The translations under genes were made by a program, and so were the position numbers. The notes under the pieces were generated by a model. The model was given only the letters and a program-made list of their open reading frames with translations. It was not told where the DNA came from and searched no databases. Shown here piece after piece: positions 56,116 to 64,000 of a stretch of 64,000 nucleotides of DNA. This DNA is from Octopus sinensis (lineage: Eukaryota), in contig NC_043006.1 of the NCBI RefSeq assembly GCF_006345805.1, forward strand, positions 66,216,001 through 66,280,000. The letters are read 5' to 3'. Position 1 is the stretch's first letter. Every line of letters starts with the position of its first letter.

Positions 56116-56811
56116 TAATATATATATATATGTATATATATATACATATATACACACATACACACATATATAGATGCATATACATACAATATATACACAT
56201 ATATGTGTATATATATAAATGTATATAGATAGATTGATAGATGCATTATACACATATTCAATTATATAGCTATTAAAATGCTGACATGTCGGTGTCGTTA
56301 AGAAATTCGCTTTCCAACCATATAACTCTGCGTTTAGTCCCACCGCGCAACACCTTGAGAAAGTGTCTTTTACTATAGCCCCTGTGCAACTAATGCTCTT
56401 TATGAATAAATTTGGTTGGTGGAAATTGTGTGGAAGCCTGTTGTCTATGTATGTGCGCTTTTTTTTTTTTTTTCTGTATCTGTGTCACTCTTCCGGAGCT
56501 TGATAATAGGTGTTGTGTCTACATCCCGGTAACTTAGCGATAGAATAAATCCTAAAGTTTAAAGAATCAGAACTTCTGGGATTGATTTTCATGACGAAAA
56601 CATTCTAATACGGTGCCCTAGCATGGCCGGAGACCAATGTCTGAAACAAAAACTATAACATGGTATAATATATGACATTGTATGACGTTGTAACATACTA
56701 TAAGAGATAAGCTGCATTTCCGATTCCTTCAGGAGAGTTCTCAGATCTCAGACTCCTTCAGGAGAGACACTTATTGACTTCAAAGAAGTACAAAACTCTG
56801 ACTTCAGTGCA

Positions 56812-56992
56812 CTTCTATATTTAAGAGATGAGGAATTATGTACATTATTTACATTATTTACATTTGACGGATATTTGTCCCATCTTGTTTGTTGTTAACA
56901 CAACGTTTCGGCTGATATACCCTCCAGTTTTCATCAGGTGTCTTTGGGAAAGTTCGAACCTGGCTCCACATTCCTAAGGTATTTTTCGATGA
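56812..56992 (-). mobile_element. Penelope-type 3' module carrying a hammerhead
   Basis: Homologous to 14976-15100; ends CTCTTAAATATAGAAGTG. Confidence 0.75.
56897..56942 (-). ncRNA. Minimal type-I hammerhead (canonical core; stem II base mutated in this copy)
   Basis: GACAC-CUGAUGA-A-AACUG-GAGGGUAUAU-CAGCC-GAA-ACGU-U-GUGUU; the 15016 copy has GGCUG. Confidence 0.75.
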
Positions 56993-57039
<47 letters not shown>

Positions 57040-57045
57040 TATTAT

Positions 57046-58145
57046 CAGTAGTTTTATTTTTATAGCGTGCTTTCACTTCACTACCGAGCGCCAGCTCTAT
57101 GTGCCTTGGGTATGTGCTGTGATTTGTGTGATGCTCTGATGGTTATTGTATGGAAAGTGTTCTGCGTAGGATGTGGCAGTGCCTAGTAGTGCAATGTTCT
57201 GTATGTTATATGTGTTTGTAAGTCCTGGTGTTTTTGTTATGATTTGTCTGAATATTTTTTTATCATGCCTAATGCACCTACTATGATAGGAATTGTTTCT
57301 GTTTTCAGGTTCCACATTCTAGTTACCTCTATTTCCAGGTCTTTGTATTTTGAGAGTTTCTCCATTTCTTTTAGAGACACGTTGTCATCTGCCGGTATTG
57401 ATACATCAATTAGAAAGCATTTTGTCTTCATTCATGATCTCTGACAACTATATCTGGTCTGTTGGCCTTAATTTCTCTATCTGTGTGTATCGGCATATCC
57501 CAGAGTATGATTGCTTTCGTTTTCTGTGACCTTTTCTGGTGTGTGCCTATACCATCTGTTTTCTGTTGTTATTCCATAATGTTGGCATAACTTCCAATGT
57601 ATGTAGGTTCCAACTCTGTCATGTCTGTGAATATATTCCTTCTTAGCCAGGACTGGGCAGCTAGAGATAATATGATTTATTGTTTCTTGTCCATCTCCAA
57701 TATTCTGCAGTTACTTGTAATATTTCTTTTCATTACATGTTTTTGGTAATTTCTGGTGAGGAGGCTTTGGTCTTGTGCTGCAATTAAAAATCCCTCTGTT
57801 TCTGCTTTGAGTCCTGAGCTTCTCAACCATTGCTGGGATTTTTCTTTGTCTATTTCTTTTGCGTTTAGTTTAGTGCAGTATTTACCATGAAGGGGCTTTT
57901 CTTGCATTGTTTTATCATGGCTCGTTGCTGTTCTATTTTTAGTTTGGATTTCATTTGTTTTATAGCTTTTGTTCTTTCTTCTTCTTCTTCTTCTTCTTCT
58001 TCTTCTTCTTCTTCTTCTTCTTCTTCTTCTTCTTTTATTCTTCTTCTTCTCTTCTTATCTTCTTCTTCTTATCTCTTCTTGTGTTTATTAGGTGGTATGA
58101 TTTCTTGTTTGTATTTGTCAGCTTCCTTAAATACTGAGAACAGTA
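57046..58145 (-). mobile_element. 5'-truncated R4/Dong-clade LINE flanked by (TAA)n on both sides
   Basis: EKPLHGKY..LKAETEGFLIAAQDQSL..CRI..FLIDVSIPAD..EKLSKYKDLE..IPIIVGALG; internal (GAA)n expansion ~57972-58080. Confidence 0.9.
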
Positions 58146-58169
58146 TTATTATTATTATTATTATTATCA

Positions 58170-58220
<51 letters not shown>

Positions 58221-58236
58221 CCTCATTATTATTATT

Positions 58237-58278
58237 CAGGTCACCGCCTGGAATCGAACTCGGAATCTTGGGGTTAGT
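58237..58278 (-). mobile_element. Truncated tRNA-like head with B box, followed by (AAT)n
   Basis: ACTAACCCCAAGATTCCGAGTTCGATTCCAGGCGGTGACCTG; B box GTTCGATTC. Confidence 0.6.
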
Positions 58279-58660
58279 CTTGTAACACTTGAGCCATTTC
58301 GTGAAGGCCTCATGGAACTCCTCCAAAGTGATGGTGTCCAGAACCCTTGTCTCAGCCTGAGGTTCTTCTTCAGTTTGGAGAGCAACCAAAGGTCAGAGGG
58401 AGCAAGGTCTACACAGTTGGGAGGTCGAGGGACAATTTTAATGCCCATCTCTTTCAAGCAGTCGGTTACCAGGATTCTCGTTACTGACTGCCCGGGAAAC
58501 AAATTTTGCGCAAATTTTGCGCATGTCCAGGTTTTCATAAATAATTCTGTATATTGTTGCTGCACCCAACTCCAGACTGTGTGCTTCTAGTCTTTATTGA
58601 CTCACGACGGTCTTCGTTCAGAAAATTGCGATTTTCCTTAACCAGCTCCGATGTTCAAAC
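58279..58660 (-). pseudogene. mariner (DD34D) transposase remnant
   Basis: FLNEDRRESIKT (HTH-like), ILVTDCLKEMGIKIVPRPPNCVDLAPSDLWLLSKLK, VLDTITLEEFHEAFTKWLKCYK. Confidence 0.85.
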
Positions 58661-59483
58661 ATCCCTCTCCCTCCCACACTTCTAATAATCTTTCTCCTCC
58701 TCTCCACCGTCTTTGAACCCCTTAGTTAGCGAAGAAGTTAATCCAGCAATCAGTGTAGAGTATTTCATTAATTTTTGTAGCGTTTTTACCCAATTCAATA
58801 TAAAACTTTATTTCTTACATCGTGAGCTTCCAAATTGTCTTCACGTGCTTACAGATTTCGCAAAGTAGTCAGATGCGACAAGCAGTGTTTACTAAGGTCT
58901 GTTCAAAGTGCTGTTACATCCATGGAATACCAAATGTTGGCAGCTCAGCTTATTAGATCTGATGATATACTGTACTGTCTTAATCTAGGACAGTTGTAAC
59001 TGCTTCTCCTAAAAGTCGCAAAACGTCTAGAATACATATCGTACATATAATGCGTACATCTCATATTTCACAGGGTGGATGGATCTCCATCACTATCGAC
59101 GATGAAGACTCAGTTGATTAAACAACTCAATTACTTATTAGCATGTAAGAGGCTACGTATTCCGTTGACATGAATACTCTTAAAGAAATTCTCTGCTGGT
59201 GATTCTCAGATAAAATCAGCGTTGACATAATGTTTGTGACAAGGCTGTACGTTTGAAATGCTGGTACTTTTAAGGTATGAGTGGATCAGAGATTCGAGTA
59301 AAGAACACGTGTCGAAGAAGTCAGGCAGCGAGATCTAAACCAGGTCATGGACTGAGAAGCGGTCTTCCTGATCTTTCGGTCATATTGCGATACATTATAT
59401 AGAATAGAAATTTAAATAAAAAAAATTTAATCATGAGACATAAAACGAAATGAGCTAATTAATATAAAAATACTGATTTCAAA

Positions 59484-60017
59484 TTTTGGCACAAGGCCAG
59501 CAACTTCGGGGGAGTGGACAAACTGATTACATCGACACCAGTGCTCAACTGGTACTTATTTTATCGGCCCCACAGCGGAATTTGAACTCAGAACGGAAAG
59601 ACAGACTAAATGTGCTAACGTTTCTTATTTCTTTATTGCCCATAAGAGGTTGAACATAGAGGGGACAAGCAAGGACAGACAAAGGGATTAAGTCGATTAC
59701 ATCGGCCCCAGTGCGCAACTGGTAATTAATTTATCGACCCCGAAAGGATGAAAGACAAAGTCGACCTCTGCGGAATTTGAACTCAGAACGTAACAGCAGA
59801 CGAAATACCTATTTCTTTATTACCCACAAGGGGCTAAACACAGAGAGGACAAACAAGGACAGACAAACGGATTAAATCGATTACATCGACTCCATTGTGT
59901 GACTGGTTCTTAATTTATCGATCCCAAAAAGATGAAAGGCAAAGTCGACCTCGGCGGAATTTGAACTTAGAACGCAGCGCCAGACGAAATACCGCTAAGC
60001 ATTTCGCCCGGCGTGCT
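59484..60017 (-). mobile_element. Trimeric SINE family B composite
   Basis: Junctions at 59626 and 59810 (184 bp apart), the same junction sequences as 38036-38645. Confidence 0.88.
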
Positions 60018-60417
60018 TTGGGAAGTAGTGATGAAGGCTCCTCACTGCATTCGTTAACCACTCAGCAATGGCGCCGAAAGGGCGCACTAATAAATATAAA
60101 AATATTAAATGATGTCATGATAAAGCAAAGTTATTGATAACACCGAGAGGAAGGTGCTTTTTTCCCCACTGACCAAAGTGGAGCTTTGGCCAGGAGGAAC
60201 TAATGTCATCGAGCGATATCCAACGATCATCGGGTGTTTCGACCCTGAACCGTTACGCCTTTCCGTTGGGGGGGGGAGGGGTCAGCAGAGGTGGCAAATC
60301 ACTGATCATCGTCTCCTCCTGGCTTCCAGCTTAACTCTTCCGTCATCGTAACCGACGGAGTACCATGGTAGTATATATATATATATATAATATATATATA
60401 TAAACATATGTATATAT

Positions 60418-60600
60418 GTGCACAGGAGTGGCTGTGTGGTAAGAAGCTTGCTTCCCAACCACATGGTTCCGGGTTGAGTCGTTTTGTGTGGCACCTTGGG
60501 CAAGTGTCTTCTGCTATAGCCTCAGGCCGGCCAAAGCCTTGTGAGTGAATTTGGTAGATGGAAACTGAAAGAAGCTCGTCGTATATATACATATATATAT

Positions 60601-60663
<63 letters not shown>

Positions 60664-60873
60664 TGTGTTTGTGTTTGTCCCCCCAACATCACTTGACAAC
60701 CGATGCTGGTGTGTTTACGGCCCTGTAACTTAGCGGTTCGGTCGGTAAAAGAGACCGATAGAATAAGTACTAGGCTTACAAAGAATAAGTGCTGGGGTCG
60801 ATTTGCTTGACTAAAGGCGGTGCTCCAGCTTGGCCGCAGTCAAATGACTGAAACGAATAAAAGAATAAAAGAA
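60418..60873 (+). mobile_element. SINE family A, full length
   Basis: Complete head, (TG)n linker and tail. Confidence 0.92.
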
Positions 60874-61473
60874 TATGAGCTATATATACATATATGAGTT
60901 ATATATATAAACATATGAGTTATATATATATATATATATATATAGGTTTACGTGTGTGTATGTTTGTACCAGTAGCCATGAACTCAGCACCAAAGAGCAG
61001 AAGTAGGAGTTCATTATTTTAGTAGATATATTTTTTCACTAAGTTCACCGATTGACCTTGTTTGTAAGAAGATCTTATTCAGACGTCGCTGACCTTATTT
61101 TAATGGTTTATGTTTGGCGGGCAAAAATAATGGACGGGTATCAGTTTATCTTTGACGGCACAGATTCTCTGTTTATAATTTTCTTTGTTTTTGTCTTTTT
61201 TGTTTTATGTTTTATATAATATTTTTCCTCCATTTTTTCACATAAATTATATAAATAATTTCAGCTTCTCTCTCTCTCTCTCTTTCACATACGCTATTTC
61301 ATCTATCTAGGAGAAACAAGAGGAAAAGAGAGAAGGAAGCTCTGATACAAGTATAAACATCTGCATACATATTATCTGTCATTCTGGCTGTATGATTTTT
61401 TATCTATATATACATCTGTCTTCGCGATATACTTCTCTGACGCCCTGTCCATTGTCTTTAGTTGTGTGTATGC

Positions 61474-61522
<49 letters not shown>

Positions 61523-61667
61523 GCGTGCTTGTGTGCGGGTGCGTGCGTGCACAAATATATATACACATACAAATAGCTACATACATATATGTGTGTATAT
61601 ACATGTATATATATGTATGTATATATATCTATGTATATGTATATATGTGTATACATATATATATATG

Positions 61668-61720
<53 letters not shown>

Positions 61721-62175
61721 TGTGTGTGTGTGTGTGGGTGTGCGTGTGCGTGTGTGTGTGTATGAAGACTATAAGAAAAATGCTTCAAGGAAACGTTCTG
61801 AACGGTGCACATTAAGTAGAATATACAGTGTCACATACGTATATGGAGTTAAAACTTCTCAATCAGCCGAGACTGTCCCCTAAATTTAAAGGCAAAACTT
61901 TTTTTAGGGGATTATTAAAAATCAACAGAAAACAAATGGGACAACTGGAGCGATACCTGCTGATTCAAGTTTCCGGTCCGTTACGACAATGTCGTTGAGG
62001 AATGTTCCTCGACTGTATAATGAAATGGTGAAAGCAGTGGACATGTTTCAATCTATTTAGATCTCTTCAGGGAAGTATATTTAATTGGTGTTGGCTAGAA
62101 TGGTCAGATTATATATATAGGAAAGAAGGAATTTACTATATTGTGTGGCAACAGTATACATACATACAGTGTGTG

Positions 62176-62267
<92 letters not shown>

Positions 62268-62327
62268 CATCTATCTATCTATCCATCCATCTACCTACCT
62301 ACCTACCTATCTATCTATCTATCTATA

Positions 62328-62399
<72 letters not shown>

Positions 62400-62702
62400 C
62401 ATCCATCCATCTACGTATCTAGCTATCTACCTATCTACCTAGGTTTACATATACTTTAGCATTTCTTCTGTCTTCATGTTCTGAGTTCAGATACCGCCGA
62501 GGTCGACTGTGCTTTTGATCCTTTCGGGGTTGATAGAATAAGTACCAGTTGAGCTTTTGGGGTCGATGTAATCCATGTCTGTGCAAAGGAAAACTCTGAA
62601 GTTTGTGGAAGAGAGCATAAACAAAATGAGTAAGGTTACTTTTAAGTGGAAAGGAATTTACGCAGAGTGAATTGCAAAAGGTCGTACCATTATTATTATT
62701 AC

Positions 62703-62774
<72 letters not shown>

Positions 62775-63586
62775 CCAGTAGTTTTATTTTTATAGCGTGC
62801 TTTCACTTCACTACCGAGCGCAGCTCTGTGTGCCTTAGGTATGTGCTGTGATTTGTTGTGATGCTCTGATGGTTATTGTATGGAAAGTGTTCTGCGTATG
62901 ATGTGTGCAGTGCCTGGTAGTGCAATTTTCTGTATGTTATATGTGTTTGTAAGTCCTGTGTTTTTGTTATGTATTTGTCTGAATATTTTTTTATCCTGCC
63001 TAATGCACCTACTATGATAGGAATTGTTTCTGTTTTTAGATTCCACATTCTGGTTACCTCTATTCCAGGTCTTTGTATTTTGAAAGTTTCTCTATTTCTT
63101 TTAGAGACACGTTGTCATCTGCCGGTATTGATACACAATTAGAAAGCATTTTTTCTTCATGGTCTCTGACAACTATATCTGGTCTGTTGGCCTTAATTTC
63201 TCTATCTGTGTGTATCGGCATATCCCAGTGTATGGTTGCCTTCTCGTTTTCTGTGACCTTTTCTGGTATGTGCCTATACCATCTTTTTTCTGTTGTTATT
63301 CCATAATGTTGGCATAGCTTCCAGTGTATGTAGGTTTCAACTCTGTCATGTCTGTGAATATATTCCTTCTTAGCCAGGACTGGGCAGCCAGAGATAATAT
63401 GATATATTGTTTCCTGTCCATCTCCACATATTCTGCAGTTACTTGTTATATTTCTTTTCATTACATGTTTTTGGTAATTTCTGGTGGGGAGGCTTTGGTC
63501 TTGTGCTGCAATTAAAAATCCCTCGTCTCTGCTTTGAGTCCTGAGCTCTTCTACCATTGCTGGGATTTTTCTTTGTCTATTTCTTT
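62775..63586 (-). mobile_element. 5'-truncated R4/Dong-clade LINE within a (TAA)n tract
   Basis: CRICGDGQETIYHIISGC (CCHC), RHDRV, NRPDIVVRD, EKLSKYKDLE (RLE); (ATT)n on both flanks. Confidence 0.93.
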
Positions 63587-63603
63587 ATTATTATTAATTA
63601 TTA

Positions 63604-63641
<38 letters not shown>

Positions 63642-63664
63642 TATTGTTATTATTATTATTATCA

Positions 63665-63700
<36 letters not shown>

Positions 63701-63729
63701 TTTATTATATTATTATTATTCATTATTGC

Positions 63730-63782
<53 letters not shown>

Positions 63783-64000
63783 TATTATTATTATTATTAT
63801 ATTATTGCACCTAACATTCTCAGCTTGTTCCTGAAAGTGCCATTACATTCGCATGAACTCAGCTTGTACTTTCTTTTCAAGTCTCGAGAACTTTCCAGAA
63901 GATTCCTTCCTTGCACTGCCAAGTAATGCTGCATTCTTCATGTGTCCTAATTTCCATTTTTATTCTTATCTTTTCCCACCAATTTCTAATTTCTTTGCTC

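Noticed and set aside
58854-59008. Minus-strand AG..GTAAGC exon-like segment
   Set aside because: Stops in all frames.

Overview
AT-rich, microsatellite-saturated eukaryotic DNA. The SINE/LINE families recalled from sequence are most consistent with an octopus-like cephalopod (inference, not verified). There is no complete protein-coding gene, and most ORFs in the track are translations of (CA)n, (TA)n, (CATA)n or (ATT)n tracts. Recognisable content: a degraded Helitron with a tandemly duplicated 5' end; Tigger/pogo and mariner remnants; a Tc1/mariner MITE; RTE, CR1-group and R4/Dong LINE 3' fragments; a Penelope-type GIY-YIG remnant; three tRNA-derived SINE families; several long fold-back palindromes; and one probable first coding exon of a minus-strand host gene (31292-31230). 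The most striking signal is a set of minimal type-I hammerhead ribozyme motifs of the Penelope kind. One (TA)n-anchored family has nine copies with a family-wide CUGUNGA (A6U) core, including a 375-nt tandem, retrozyme-like array at 19778-20720. A second, canonical hammerhead may be the 3' module of a tRNA-headed SINE split by a Dong insertion (56812-58278).
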